63,068 nucleotides of DNA from Basidiobolus meristosporus CBS 931.73 (lineage: Eukaryota; Fungi; Basidiobolomycota), in the NCBI GenBank assembly GCA_002104905.1, contig MCFE01000520.1, forward strand, positions 1 to 63,068, read 5' to 3'. The first letter of the stretch is position 1; every line of letters starts with the position of its first letter. Below, piece by piece: positions 1 to 14,197 of this stretch. The notes beneath the pieces are model-generated. The model made no database searches. It had not been told where the DNA came from and was given only the letters and a program-made list of their open reading frames with translations. Made by a program: the position numbers and the translations under genes.

Positions 1-152
1 GCTGAAATCCTCTTTGGGCCATTGGACTATGGGTATCGATCGATTTTTGGGCTTGTACCCACGATATGGATTGATCCATATAGGGGGAGACTGCCTTGGC
101 TATCTACAAATAGTTTGCTCACCTCTGCCAACAATCGCTAAGCGTTTACGAG

Positions 153-1193
153 ATGTCTGACCACCCTGCTATTCAAGCTATAGACCTAAATTTTGACTTT
201 GGCGGTCCACTAATTCTCAAGCAACTCAACCTATCTCTGAAGCCTGGCTCAAGGTGTCTCTTGGTTGGTGCTAATGGCGCAGGAAAATCCACCCTCCTGC
301 GCATTCTCGCTGGTAAGCGTTTGATCCATAGTCAGGTTAGAGTCCTCGGAAAGGACGCGTTCAAAGATCGACCACCGGTAAACTTCTGCTTCTTTCCACC
401 TACCGGTCCGGGAGGTACTTACCTCTATACTTAGGGAATCACCTATCTTGGAACTGAATGGGCCGGAAATCCCGTGGTCCGAAGTGACATCTCAGTCAGT
501 CACTTGATCAAGAGTGTTGGCGGAGACCTACACCCTCAGCGTAGGGATTTGCTCATGGATATTATGGACGTTAATCCTGATTGGCACCTGCATGAAGTGT
601 CTGACGGTGAGAGAAGACGGGTTCAAATAGTGATGGGCCTTCTGGAGCCATGGGAGGTACTGCTGTTGGACGAAGTAACTGTAGACTTGGATGTCCTCGT
701 AAGAACAGACCTACTTAGCTTCTTGAAATGGGAGACTGAGCAACGCAACGCCACCATTGTAAGTATTTCCGAGGATTGCAAATTCAACACTAATCTGACA
801 CCATTCCTGCTCCTGACCTAGGTTTATGCGACCCATATTTTTGATGGTAATCTAAGCACTTGCTAATTTGTTCCATTCCGCATGATTCACATCCATTCTG
901 CTGCAGGTATTGGAAGCTGGCCTACACATGTGGCGCATATGGCAGAGGGAGCATTGGTTGAGCTTGTGGATTACAACAGCTTCCCCGAATTAGAGGAAAT
1001 CAAAAGCCAGCCGGGAATCGTGCTGGATTCCCCATTGCTGCGTCTTGTTGAGCGCTGGCTACGTGAAGACTCCAAGGAGCTCAAGAAAAAGCGACGTGAG
1101 CTACGCGGCTACAAAGAACATACCAAGTGGGACGAGCTCTCCGAGAACGTGGATAAATTCGGGGACAAATACTACAATTATTGGAAAATCTGA
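153..1193 (+). CDS. CAF16: CAF16-like soluble ABC ATPase (no transmembrane domain), 4 exons
   Basis: Walker [10 protein letters not shown], signature [10 protein letters not shown], Walker B LLLDE and ATHIFDG H-loop, joined across GT-AG introns (first at 378-434); stop at 1193. Confidence 0.8.
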
Positions 1194-1245
1194 TTGCTAC
1201 CCCATGTTTATTACTGCATTCAATAAATCTGATTGGAGTTCGCAG

Positions 1246-1526
1246 TCAGTCCTTTTCTTCAACGCGATATTGCATCTGGGCAGCCAAGGCCTCTCTGAAA
1301 TTCGCCACTTGCTTGGGCTCGTTGCTGCGACGTTTTAAGGTATCAAAGTGATACTTGTACGGCAGTTCCTCTTGCTGATTAGCCAGACGGCTCTGGACGT
1401 CCCCAGCCTGGATGCTCCTTGAAAATGAAACTAGTAAGCGTCCCAGCTCTTCAAACGATCAGCAACAGCGATGAAATACCCGGAGGCTAGAAGAGTCGAC
1501 AGGAATAGAAGAGGTTGGAGATGCAT
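1246..1526 (-). CDS. Small secreted peptide precursor, 72 aa, 2 exons (1526-1480, 1417-1246)
   Basis: Removing a 62-nt GT-AG intron (1479-1418) gives MHLQPLLFLSTLLASGSIQAGDVQSRLANQQEELPYKYHFDTLKRRSNEPKQVANFREALAAQMQYRVEEKD*; hydrophobic N-terminus, KRR site, TATA box upstream. Confidence 0.65.
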
Positions 1527-1572
1527 GGGGCTAAAACAAGTGAGATCAAGGGGAGCCATGCCGCGATTCGTC

Positions 1573-1580
1573 TTTATATA
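1573..1580 (-). promoter_or_regulatory. TATA box of the small secreted peptide gene
   Basis: TATATAAA on the minus strand about 47 nt upstream of the ATG at 1526. Confidence 0.5.
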
Positions 1581-1686
1581 TTTATTAAACATATCTGATG
1601 TCAGCAAAGTGGTTCTAGCTGATAGGCTCTCAATATATATTGGGTTGTATATGAGTTTTCAATTTCACAACGGGGGATTCTACACG

Positions 1687-3478
1687 CTACGAGAGCTCGA
1701 TCCCACCCCACTTCTTTGATGCTTCGCTGAACTTCTCCAGTGAACTGCAATACATCTCATGGACCGGGGCATTGGGCTGCTTGGAGAGCTGCGAAGTGTC
1801 CTTGATCCGGAGATCATTGAACGTCGTGCTAGGGTCGGACGCTCTTAGAAACCCTAGTTGGGCAAGATAACAGGCGCCTTGAGAAGCCGAGTTCCCCGAT
1901 GAAAACTTGTATACTGGCACCCCAAACACATCGGCCAACACCTGGAGAATGGTGTCGTTGGATGCGGCGCCGCCGACCGCAAAGACTCTTTTGGTGCGAA
2001 GCCCCAGCTGCATGCATCTCAAATGCATGGACAAAAATCGGGATTCAAGCACTGCTCTCGTGTTATAAATCGGATCCGAGAATTCCGAGACCACACTGTC
2101 CCCCTCAATGCGTATCGAATCTTCACTGCTAGAGCCGTAGAAGCCCATTCTTCCATTGCAGCCAGGAGGAGTCTGGCGGACCGACGCATTGAATTCCTCC
2201 CACGACCCATTTGCATACTTGTCTCGCACGAACTGGCGCGTTAGTGACCCATTGCTGTAACAGATTAGCCCCATGTGAGAGCCACTCTGCGAGGGATGGC
2301 ACAGAATGCTAGCAAACAATGAGGGGTTGGGGTGATTCAGGTGCATTAGCACCGTATCACTGGTGCCCAGACTAACCACTGCACCTCCCTCGGATATGTT
2401 CATGCTCAACAGGGTCGCAGGGTTGTCCCCAGTGAAATTCACAACTATCAGGTCTAAGAAAGCAACCATTAAGCCTGACATCCATTAGCAAATCCCTCTA
2501 AAAATCACCAACCTTCTCTAAACCCGTATCTCCGGGCGAAATACGAGTGAACGGGCCCGAGCGGTGTCCCGTCCTCAACCACCTCTTTGCCGAGCTTGGA
2601 CTCCAGATTCGGTGCACAGCAGCCCAATAAGCTTGGCTCCCATTCCCTTCGCCATATGTTCAATAAATTCATACCCGAGCCATCGGAAACATCGATTGGC
2701 GCGTACGTCCCTAAAAAAAGGGAAGCCAGAAACGAGCTTACTAATGAAATTCTTTGGGTGTTCTGGTAAATCGTGCGGTCATCTTGATAGATCTGGGCCT
2801 GAATTAGCATGTGAACGGCAGATACTGAAATGTCCAAGTACCTTGGCAATCTGATTTCCACTAAATCTTTCGTACGCCTTTGAACCACTGATATCTGCTA
2901 AATTTTGGGCTCCTGCGGTCTGCTTTTCTAGTGCGCGACATTGCTGGGTGGTGCTCGTGTCTTGCCATATGGGAGAGGCTTCTAGGGCAAAGGCGTTGGA
3001 GAGCTGTTCGTGCAAAGGCTTTTCCGGGACGAGACGCTCTCCAAAGCCCAAGCTTTGTTTCGACCAATAGACAGTTCCGTGTTGCTGGACGAGGCATTAA
3101 TTAGCGCCAGGTTTCTTCTGAAGCACCACCAAGACATACCTGTGCAGCACCAGAGATGGCTCGGACGTGTCCAAGGTCTACCTGAGTGTCTTTGAGCTTT
3201 TGTAACAACAGGTCCACAGCCTTAACCCACATCTGCACTGGCGCTGTGACCCGGCCGTTTTCACCTACCAGCACACCTCCTCTGGTGCTATAGAATAACA
3301 GCTTATTAGCCTTTGCCGAAAGTACTCCCTCGGATACTTACTTAAATTCGGGCAATTCCTCATCAAAAGACACGCTGCTTTCCAAAACAACCCGAGCCTC
3401 TTGGTCAGTGATGGTGGCCTTTAGCTGCTGGGTGGATAGATCCAAACCCAAAAACACATCCGGTAGTAACTCGGTCAT
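1687..3478 (-). CDS. XKS1: Xylulokinase (FGGY carbohydrate kinase), multi-exon
   Basis: N-terminus MTELLPDVFLGLDLSTQQLKA; internal ISGSKAYERFSGNQIAK, ISLVSSFLASLFLG, DGSGMNL, SLGTSDT and VGGAASN motifs; GT-AG introns. Confidence 0.9.
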
Positions 3479-3927
3479 AGAAAGGCAGGCTTCAATATTC
3501 TCTGTGATATGGGGTATTCACAACCCACAAATTGCCGAGTGAGTGCGCGTTCAAAAACTGTCACAAACGTCGAAAAATCCTGGACATGTGGATCAAAATC
3601 TATGGATTGATTAACGATGCGATTCTCTATTAAGAAACCGCTTGGCCATCCCAGCAATACACCCAATATCCTTCAACGCCGTCTAGGAGATGTTGGATGC
3701 TCCACTGGCAGGCTACCCTCCCGTTACTGTGAAATACTCTTGTTTACGAAGCGATCTGTAAATCCACCAGCGTCACCATGCGTGGATAAGAAAATGGTCT
3801 GTATCACGTGACCAACAGAGCCAAAATTTCACTAAACGATTGGAGTGCGATTACCTCCTTGCTGGTTGGCTTCGGAGTTCCCACTACTTTCTAGGAAAGC
3901 AACAGCAACACGAACCACTCCCCTTCG

Positions 3928-4282
3928 ATGTATTACCAGAGTCAACCTTTAGGGCCCCAAGTGGCCAACACCGAAAATATCCGCACTCTACGCTCGTATC
4001 TCAATCTCAAAGCCCGAATCAAGGCAACAGATGGGCGGATTTTCCTCGGGACATTCATGTGCATCGACAAAGACAAGAACATCATCTTGGCACAGACCGA
4101 TGAATATCGTGGAGGTAATTCGGGGTTCCAGCACATTCCTCACAACTGAATAACCGAAAGTTTCTCCTCCCCCCCCCGTTTATCTAGAAGAGAAAAGATT
4201 CGTTGGCTTGGTCATGATCCCCGGGAAGCATCTGGTCAAAGTGGAAATAGAAGATCTAGAAGTATCGGACAAATATGTTTAA
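3928..4282 (+). CDS. NAA38: Sm-like protein, NatC auxiliary subunit (LSMD1/Mak31 type), 2 exons
   Basis: Sm1 RIKATDGRIFLGTFMCIDKDKNIILAQTDEYR, then intron, then Sm2 RFVGLVMIPGKHLVKVEIE. Confidence 0.75.
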
Positions 4283-5081
4283 ACTGACATTCAAGATTCT
4301 TTCCTAGCCTGTAATTTACCCTTCATAGTGTGAATAGCATTCAAGTCTTTCAGATACAGCCCTAAACCCATGAGTATCATGTATGTCATATGAATATGAA
4401 AAATAGAAATCATTCAACATGGATCAATTTGTAACTGTGTACAGCTTCCTACACACCAAGGCTCCATCCTGATTGCAGTCGGTTGACTGTATGCCAGTAG
4501 CAGTGATGCTAGAAGAATAAATTGTTGAATGTTGTATATCGAAATCAATCAACAAGAATCACCATCATCCTCAAGAATGAACGGGAGGCATGCTCCAATT
4601 AGTTAAGATTACAACGGAATTTCAACCTATTTTGGCGTTCAACGCTCGCCACACTAAGGAACAATTTTTGTTGGCAGAAATCCTGCCATATTCTCTACGT
4701 CGATTAAATATGGATTAATAAAGGCTGGCTTCCTGGAAATTGACGTATCCCCATGCCCTTTGGCAACGAAAGCCACTTGTGGAACACTGGACCAAGTAGA
4801 GTGTGGCCGTGCCTGGTTTAAGCAGGGCAACCTCGATTCCTGCTACCACGTTGAAATGGACAAGGCATGAACATCTGCGACTGTGCTCGCAGTGGAATGA
4901 AAAATGACTTCCTCGCTTGCCTCTATATCCTGTTGCTGCTCTTGCCGGAATCCCTGATAGACAGGGCAATCCCAACACTAGTTACAAGTGATCAGGCAAA
5001 TCGGTAGATATGGCGAACGTCACACTATATAGTAATGAGCTGGCTAACACATGGGTGGGCCCCATACCAACAACGATGCAA

Positions 5082-5088
5082 TATAAAA
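5082..5088 (+). promoter_or_regulatory. TATA box of the C2H2 gene
   Basis: TATAAAA about 40 nt upstream of the ATG at 5126. Confidence 0.45.
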
Positions 5089-5125
5089 GGCGGGCCAATC
5101 TTCGGGTATCACCGAATGAAACACG

Positions 5126-5680
5126 ATGGACATTTCTTTAATCTTGAATCCACTTCTTGCTGACCAGAAATGCTGCCCAACCCTGCTGGCAAAAAAATAC
5201 ATTTGCCCAATGGAATCGTGCAGTAAATCCTTTTCCCGCAAGTCGGATCTTTGCCGGCATCAGCGGATCCACACTGGGGAGCGTCCATTCAGATGCAGCT
5301 GGCCCGCTTGTGAGAAAACGTTCATTCAACGCTCGGCACTCACCGTCCACCTCCGCACACATACCGGCGAAAGGCCTCATGTTTGTGATTACATGACCTG
5401 CAGACGGTCCTTCAGCGACTCATCCTCGTTGACTCGACATAGGCGCAGCCACTTGGGCAAGAAGCCGTACGCTTGCGACTTTCCTAGTTGCCAAAAGAAG
5501 TTCACCCGAAGGGCCACCCTTACCCGCCATAAGCTGATACACTCGCATCGCATGAATGAGTCACTGGAGAGTAAGACACTCGTCGGTGATATCAATCCCT
5601 TTGAAGCTAGGACAACGGTGGACATTGGGTTTAAAACCAAGTCCGGGCGCAACGTATTTGCCACCCTAATTGACCACTGA
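5126..5680 (+). CDS. C2H2 zinc-finger transcription factor (4 tandem fingers)
   Basis: Four C-x4-C-x12-H-x3-H fingers with TGERPF/TGERPH/LGKKPY linkers in one 184-aa ORF. Confidence 0.9.
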   Translation: MDISLILNPLLADQKCCPTLLAKKYICPMESCSKSFSRKSDLCRHQRIHTGERPFRCSWPACEKTFIQRSALTVHLRTHTGERPHVCDYMTCRRSFSDSSSLTRHRRSHLGKKPYACDFPSCQKKFTRRATLTRHKLIHSHRMNESLESKTLVGDINPFEARTTVDIGFKTKSGRNVFATLIDH

Positions 5681-6844
5681 ATGGCGTAGCAGATCATCAG
5701 CCATTACCTCAATGGTAGGGCCCTGAAAACTTTATTGTACATGACTCAATAACTTGCGTATCCATTTGCAATGGCTCAACATATAGCCTCGTTTTGTGTA
5801 AGACCACTTCTCAGACATGGTCGTTCGCCAATAAACATAGCTGGTCTGTACTTCGAGCCTTGACCGTTGGCCCTGACGACGATCTTCGATGTGATGTGAG
5901 ACTGCTACTCCACCGTCCCAGAGCACGGTGTTTCTTGGGCGTGGGGTGTATAATGTTTTGGACGACTCATTTCTAAATTTGATCGAAGAGAATCGTTATA
6001 AGCGACGATCACCCAGTGTGAACGTGGCTCTTGGACTTACCAAATGCGCTCATTGAAATCATTGTCTAGTCACTCTATTGGAATGGTTCATCCATGCCCC
6101 ATTAGGGTAAATGCACCAACACGAAAAATGCCATCATTCACGAATCGGCTGCTACAGGACTGAAATATAACGGAACTGGTAGTCCATAAGCAGCAAGTCG
6201 CAGTGGACCATGTTCTACAGCAAGTGACTTGGTCAGTAAAGAGCGAGTCGGTTTCTCAAGCTAGATTCCGCTTGTCTCTGATTTAGGAAGCTATACGTGG
6301 ATTTAAAAGCTCTATGATCCGTTTCACCCCACGCCGGGTGGTGTGTTGCTGGGTTACAAACTGGCAAGGACATCGTTGGCGATTAGAGTTTGGTTGTGCT
6401 TTAGGAAAGTTCCAGGCAACATGATCTGTCTTTGTTTAGGCCTGTTTCTTGTTGTAGTGAAACATTGCCATGTATAAAATGGGGGGGGGTGCGGTTGATA
6501 TACAATGCCAAGAAAATCGCTACGATGGGTTGGTAACTTCCCCCGGGTAAATTCCCTTCGGTAAGGGGCTGGCGGGTAGTGTGCTGCATAGGGATTAATA
6601 CATTGAGAATATACGTGTGACATCAGGCGGCCCCGTCATTGGTGATGGCTATTGGTGTAGCCGCTCTGTAGGCAGTGGATGTGAATGAGGCCGACGAAAA
6701 TAGCTTATTTCCCCCTCTGTCAGACGCTATTTATATTCTTGTTTGGTCAACAAATCAGCTCCAGATTTTGTGTGGTATAAAAGCTGCCACCACCAGTGGA
6801 CCAGCTCTTCTGTACATTGTATTCTACACCCTTGTTCGCAGACC

Positions 6845-7732
6845 ATGCAGGGTTTCCACCATCCATCATCGACAGACGGCCTCGTAGCCAGGCTGTTGCG
6901 TTTCCCCATTACGGACGAGATGATTGGTACGAGATGTTCTTTTGCATTCTATGAGCCATCCTGAGCTGACATTTGAAATAGCTTATGTGACTGCCACCGC
7001 TGCCTCAGTGATAAAGTGCACTTCCTTGGACGGAGGGCAACCATCTTTCACCAATTCGAGCCTACCGCCCTCGTCGCCATCTCATATCCGGGTTCCATCA
7101 CTCAAACGATTCATCATGGAGCTGGCCGCCAAGTCGAAGGTCCACACCCCCTCCTTCCTGTGCACCCTAGTATACCTCGACAGGCTGAAAAAGAGGCTCC
7201 CCGAGTTCGCAAGAGGTATGCCCGCACACCATTTCCATTTCGATTCGCCACTAACGGGTTCAAAGGAACGGCCTGCACCTGCCATCGAATTTTCCTGGCC
7301 ACACTGATCATCACCAGTAAATATCTCAACGACGCCTCGCCGAAGAATTTCCACTGGGCCCAGTACACACCGCTTTTCTCATTGGTCGAGGTGAATCTGA
7401 TGGAAAGGCAGCTTCTCGAACTACTAGTAAGTCATCAGCTAGTCGGCCACGCTTCTGATCTTTGCTTAACGCCAACCTCGACGCAGGATTATGATCTTCG
7501 GATCACCCCTGAGGAGCTGCACCAACAGTTTGCCGGGCTCTGGGTTGGTATGCATCACCCAGCTCGGGCGCCTGTGAACGATCAATACCCCACCCCCAGC
7601 AGCCACCATCCAAGAAAGCGGTCGTACGATATCAACACCTACGTGGAAGCAGCGCTGAAGAAATACCGGATAGTGGGTCCCTCGGCCAACATCAAATCAT
7701 TGTTCAGCCTCTCAGCCACCTCGCACAGTTAG
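6845..7732 (+). CDS. Pho85-type (Pcl1/Pcl2-like) cyclin, 4 exons
   Basis: Exon 1 MQGFHH...PITDEMI (6845-6926), intron 6927-6981; cyclin box LCTLVYLDRLK, CTCHRIFLATLIITSKYLNDASPKNFHWAQY, VNLMERQLLELL|DYDLRI. Confidence 0.85.
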
Positions 7733-8186
7733 TCCTACCACCCGAAATCATCACCGCATCATCATGTATATAGTCAGTAGACCCACCTTGCAATAGAATA
7801 AACGCCTCATTTCGGTACATACATAGGGCAGATTACTAATCTCCTCGCCAGCCGTGAGTTCATGACATCACTGCACCACGATCATGTTTAGCGCAGAGCT
7901 ACTTTAATCTCAATGTTCCACTGCTTGTTTTCATGACGATTGAGGGAAATTCTCCGTTCCACTCATATTGCTCATCGTAGCACTGTTCCACCAGTGTGTT
8001 CTGTGAAATAATCCATGGGCGTTATTTACCATCGGATCCAGATTCGTCGAAACCGGTTCGAGTGACAATGAATCCAATTCTGGATGGCCGTAACCCGATC
8101 GAATGGATAAACCATGGCCTAAATAGAAAAAAATTCCTGCTGACACGCTTTAAACGGAGTTGGTGTCGGAGTCTGTGCAGAGCGAA

Positions 8187-9200
<1,014 letters not shown>

Positions 9201-9451
9201 TCTTCATCAATAAACTTCGATCATTCAATCAACATCGATCAATCAGCCAGGAATCACACCAGAAATCAGGTGATGATATTCTGTGCGATGTAGCCATCGG
9301 TCAATCCCTTAGTGCCCCACAAACCCCACCAAAAAACCATTGGTGAAATAGGGATTTGAGTGAAGAAGGGTGAAAGCAAAACTATTGCTATTCGCCATAC
9401 TCGGTTATCTTCAAAGGTACCTCTCTAGTATTCACCTGAGCCTAGTTAATC

Positions 9452-10049
9452 ATGTCCGCCATCTCCCGTTGTTTCCTGAGATCTCCACTTCGTAATAACG
9501 TCAGGGCTCGTCTTACCAGAGGCGGTCACGGGGAACACTATAACGAACCCGGAGGTTATCTCTTCAACGAAAAGGTGAGTCCCCCATGCGCTTTGCCATG
9601 CTCCTCGAAAGACGGCTTTTATCCCCGCCTTGAGTTTCCCTAGTTTCAGTGTTTCCCCTCGAAAAACAACCACTTTCACGGTTTCCCGTATCTCTCTCGA
9701 GCAACGTTACTAAACCGATGGATTTTTTTCTCTGCAAAATAGCCCCTCCCCGCCGGACAAAAGAGAGTCAAGGAGGATTGGGAGAACATTTGGTACTTCG
9801 GTATGTATGGTGGTTTCTTCTTGGCCGCCGTCGGTCTGTACTACAAGCCCGATTCCAGGTAATTTTCCCCCACCCAATTGTGGCACCAGACCCACTCTCT
9901 CTAACGCCATCCCTTCCCCTAGTTTCGTGAACTGGGCTTACCGTGAGGCCGAGCGTAGAATGGAAGAGCGTGGTGAAGTTCTCGACTACAAGAAGACCCC
10001 TAACCCCCTTCCTGAAGCATTCCACGAAGCTTACGGAAAGAAGAATTAA
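9452..10049 (+). CDS. NDUFB11: Mitochondrial complex I ESSS subunit, 3 exons
   Basis: Arg-rich presequence, GGHGEHYNEPGGYLFNEK|PLPAGQKRVKEDWENIWYFGMYGGFFLAAVGLYYKPDS|FVNWAYREAERRM. Confidence 0.85.
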
Positions 10050-10365
10050 GTTTGATGATGACATTTCGTCGGAACTTGCATATCGTCCCACCTACTACAA
10101 TTCTCTATGCCACTCATCATTTTATACACGAAAAATAAATGTTAACTATCACGACTGTTTAGAGCTGGACCGGTGGAATTTGTGGTTGTTGGTGAATGTG
10201 GTGGTTGCGATGGCTGGAATGGCTGGAATGGTTGTTGATTCCGGGACCTTACGTCATGAATGATCCAATGGCGGGTGTGGTGATCATCGCAATGAAATAA
10301 CATCCCAATGCTTGCTGGAAACAATTCAGTGGAGCCCCATACCAAACAGATACCTAGAGACAGCT

Positions 10366-13300
10366 ATGGGCATACCGACAGTTCTCATGGTGGCGGAGAA
10401 GCCTTCGCTGGCTCAAGCCATCGCCAAAATCCTTTCCAACGAGCAGGTAGTGAGCCTTGGTTGTCCCCTCGTTTCGCTTCCTTCCCTAACCATGTTTCCA
10501 GGCGAATTCCCGACGCTCCGTCTCGGCCACTTGTCCAGTGTGGGAGTACCAAGGGGTGTTTTTCGGGAAGCCCGCCAGATTCAAGGTTACCTCGGTGGCC
10601 GGTCACGTCTATACGTGCGATTTCCCAAAAGAATACAACAACTGGGACAGCGTTGAGCCGGTGACCTTGTTCGACGCGCCTACCTTAAAGCTCGAGGCAA
10701 ACCCTAAGGTGACTTCACGTGGGAAGACTCCCTTCAAAGCAACCTCTTGAGGCTAACCCTTTCTTCACCCTAGTCCCACATATGCAAGCATCTGGAGGTG
10801 GAGTCGAAAGGAGTCGAGTACCTCGTTCTTTGGTTGGATTGTGACAGGGAGGGGGAGAACATCTGCTTCGAGGTGATCGAGGTGACGAAGAAAAACCTGA
10901 CCCGAACCACGAATGCCAACGGCTCGAAAAGAAAAAACATCTATCGAGCGAAGTTCTCAGGTAGCTAACCTCCCGAAAGACTCGTTTTCCCTGGGATAAC
11001 TCATTCTCTTCGCCTCGTCCAGCCATCACCTCGACCGACATCAAGAAGGCCATGAGCAAGCTGATCTCACCCAATCGCGACGAAGCCAGAGCGGTGGATG
11101 TTAGACAGGAGCTTGACTTGAAGGTACAGTGGATCATGCGATTCGAGGGGGCCGTTGCTAACGGGATGTAGATCGGGTGCGCCTTTACCAGATACCAAAC
11201 ACGTTATTTCCAAGGAAAGTACGGGAACCTAGACTCGAATCTTGTGAGTTTCGGGCCTTGTCAGACACCGACGTAAGTATGTTTGGATCCGACCAGCGCG
11301 TTCCTCCATCTCAACCGTGTGCAGTTTAGCCCTCTGCGTGAAGCGCCACGACGACATCCTTTCATTTGTACCCCAATCGTTCTGGACCTTACAGGCGCAA
11401 ATCTCCGCTGGAGGACCGCTGACACTGGCAGGTGAGAGGGGTAGGATCTTCGACCGTAAGAAGGCCGTGGACATCAGCGAAAATCTGAAAAACATGAAGG
11501 AGGCCAGGTAGGAACAAGCGACCCTCCGTTCGAAGGCGGTCACCAGCTAAGCTCGTTGTTTCCAGGGTCATCAAGGTCACTACGGAGCGGAAAAGCGTCT
11601 CGCGGCCTCACGCTCTGAACACGGTGGAGCTATTGAAGGGGGCTTCTGTGGGCCTGGGGATTGGTCCCCACGAAACGGTGAGTGGATGTGGATGTTGGCT
11701 TAGCAACGCGTGTACTCATACGGTAAAAGATGCAAATCGCCGAACGCTTGTACATCCAGGGATACATCAGCTATCCCAGAACTGAGACGTCGAAGTATCC
11801 GCCGAATTTCGATCTGAAGGCGGTCCTGCAGACGCAGACGGAACACCCGTTATGGTAAGGACATCCTTTGCCGACGAGCGCTTCCCCCATGTTGCTGATC
11901 GATCCGTAGGGGCCAAGATGCTAGGATGCTTCTCAAGGAGGGATTCTCCACACCGGAAGGCGGTCACGATGCAGGTAAGCTTTAGCCAGCCGGGGTATAT
12001 CGGTGGTTTGGTGCTAACGCAATGGTTTGTGGGCAGGCGATCATCCACCCATGTAAGTGGTCAATAGAGCAATGCAGCCGAGCATATGATTAAGTTGATT
12101 TGAAGCACGCCCATGTCAATGGCAACGGAGTACGAGCTCGGCGGGGACAGCTGGAGGCTTTACGACTACATCACTAGGTATTTCATCGGGACCCTTCTCC
12201 CCAACATGAAGTATCTCAAGACCTCGGTTCTGTTCGAGATTGGCCATGAGAAATTCTCATGCACCGGGAAGCGGGTCATCACCCCAGGCTTCACTTCGGT
12301 GATGCATTGGAAGACGCTCCAGGATGAGAATATCTCCACCGAGATCCAGGAGGGCAAGACGTTCCCGGTCAACTCGGTGGCTGCCAAGGAGGGGAAAACC
12401 ACCCCGCCCGAATACCTGACCGAGAGTGATGTCATCGGATTGGTAGGAGGAGTTGGCTTCTTATGCATCCATTCACCAGGCTTAACCAGGGCTGTTGGTA
12501 CCTTAGATGGAGAAGCACGGGATCGGGACTGATGCTAGTATGGCCGTCCATATTTCCAACATCTGCCAGCGCAATTACGTCCAGGTAAATGCTCGATCGC
12601 TCCACTCGAATTTCGCGAGACCCGCTGCTCACAACCCTTCCCAGGTCCAGGGAGCCAAGCGTTATCTAGTTCCCAGCAATCTTGGGATCGTTCTGATCCA
12701 TGGTTATCGTATCCTTTTGCACAGATGTTCACCATCCAACTCACCCCACGCATCTCCATTTCCCTTTGACTCTTCGACCCACAGAGAAGATCGATCCGGA
12801 GTTGGCCCTACCAACGTATGCACCCCACCCCACCCCACGAAGTTGTCCGCCCTGTCGCTAATCCCCTGCGTTTCATTCACTCTAGGCTCCGCTCGAATAT
12901 GGAGGCCAAAATCAGTCTCATCGCTACCGGGAAAGCGGACTATCTCCAGGTGCTCAAGGAAGTCAAGGAGGTGTTCCGGGAGAAATTCCAGTCGTTCCTG
13001 TCCAAGGTACACCCCATGCAGCCCGCATCCGCCCCGGGGACATCATTAACCCGACCAAACACTAGATTGAAAAGATGGACGAGCTCTTCGAAGCCACTTT
13101 CTCTCCCTTGGCCAGCTCAGGCAAACCCTTCTCAAAGTGCGGGAAATGTCGTCGGTATATGCATTACATCTCGTTGAGACCGGCGAGACTTCATTGTCGT
13201 ACCTGTAACGAAACCTACTCGCTTCCCCCCAACGGAAATATCAAGGTAATATGATCGCACCTGGGCCCGCGCATTCCCCACCTAACCCCCACCCCTGGTT

Positions 13301-14197
13301 CACTTCTAGCTGTACAAAGAGCTTACCTGCCCGATCGACAACTTCGAGTTGGTCCTGTTCACCACGGGCAGCAAAGGCAAGGGGTATCCCGTATGCCCCA
13401 ACTGCTTCAACAACCCACCCTTTGAGAATGTTGCTTCTGGTATGTTGCATCCAGTCGAAGGATATCCTACTCACCCACGCTTATTCGTCCATGCTCCACA
13501 CAGGCATGGGGTGTAATAATTGTCCTCACCCGACCTGTCCGCACTCCCTGACCGTGAATGCCATCACGGGTTGCCCAGATGAAAGCTGCCAAGGAGTGAT
13601 GGTGCTTGACGGTACCTCGGCACCTCGATGGAAGGTAACTGCAAGGAGCGTAAACGCTATCCGCCCTGGCCCAATCGCTAACAGACGTTTCCCAGCTCGG
13701 ATGTAACACGTGCAACCTCGTGACGAATTTCGCCGATTCGGTGCACCGTATCCTTTTCAATCGTCATGAGTCGTAGCGCGCTTGATGATCCCCTTATATT
13801 ATGCCCTTGACCTGGAGTTGTTTAGAGGTGACCCTGGACGAGAATCTGTGCGAGGAGTGTACGGCCAGGTTGGTGACCGTGTCTTTCCAGAAGAAGGAGG
13901 GGAGGCCAGACATCACCGGATGTATCGTGTGCGATGACGAGATCGACATCTTGATCGAAACCAAGTATACCTCATCAAACTTCTCTTAGTATTCTATAAT
14001 CGCTCACCTAATTCTTCCAAAGGTTCGCTCGTACCGGACGCTATCGTGGTAGAGGTGGGCGTCGAGGACGCGGTAGGGGCAGGGGCAGAGGCAAAGGGAG
14101 AGGGCGAGGGAGAGGTGGTGGTGGTGGTCGTAGAGGAGGCAGAGATATGGAACCTAGTGGAAAGCCCTCCGCCATGTCCTTAAGCGACTACTTCTGA
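10366..14197 (+). CDS. TOP3B: DNA/RNA topoisomerase III beta, roughly 20 short introns
   Basis: [37 protein letters not shown], catalytic [33 protein letters not shown]-terminal Cys-rich zinc-binding repeats and RGG tail ending MSLSDYF*. Confidence 0.92.

Noticed and set aside
6354-6623. 89-aa minus-strand ORF upstream of the cyclin
   Set aside because: No domain or signal peptide; length within the chance range for this GC content
7930-8110. Possible 45-aa two-exon ORF on the minus strand (MVYPFDRV...)
   Set aside because: Needs a 47-nt intron with no clear branch site; no recognisable motif or promoter support
10308-14000. Numerous overlapping and antisense ORFs across TOP3B and other genes
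   Set aside because: Explained as exon-plus-intron read-through or shadow frames of GC-rich coding DNA
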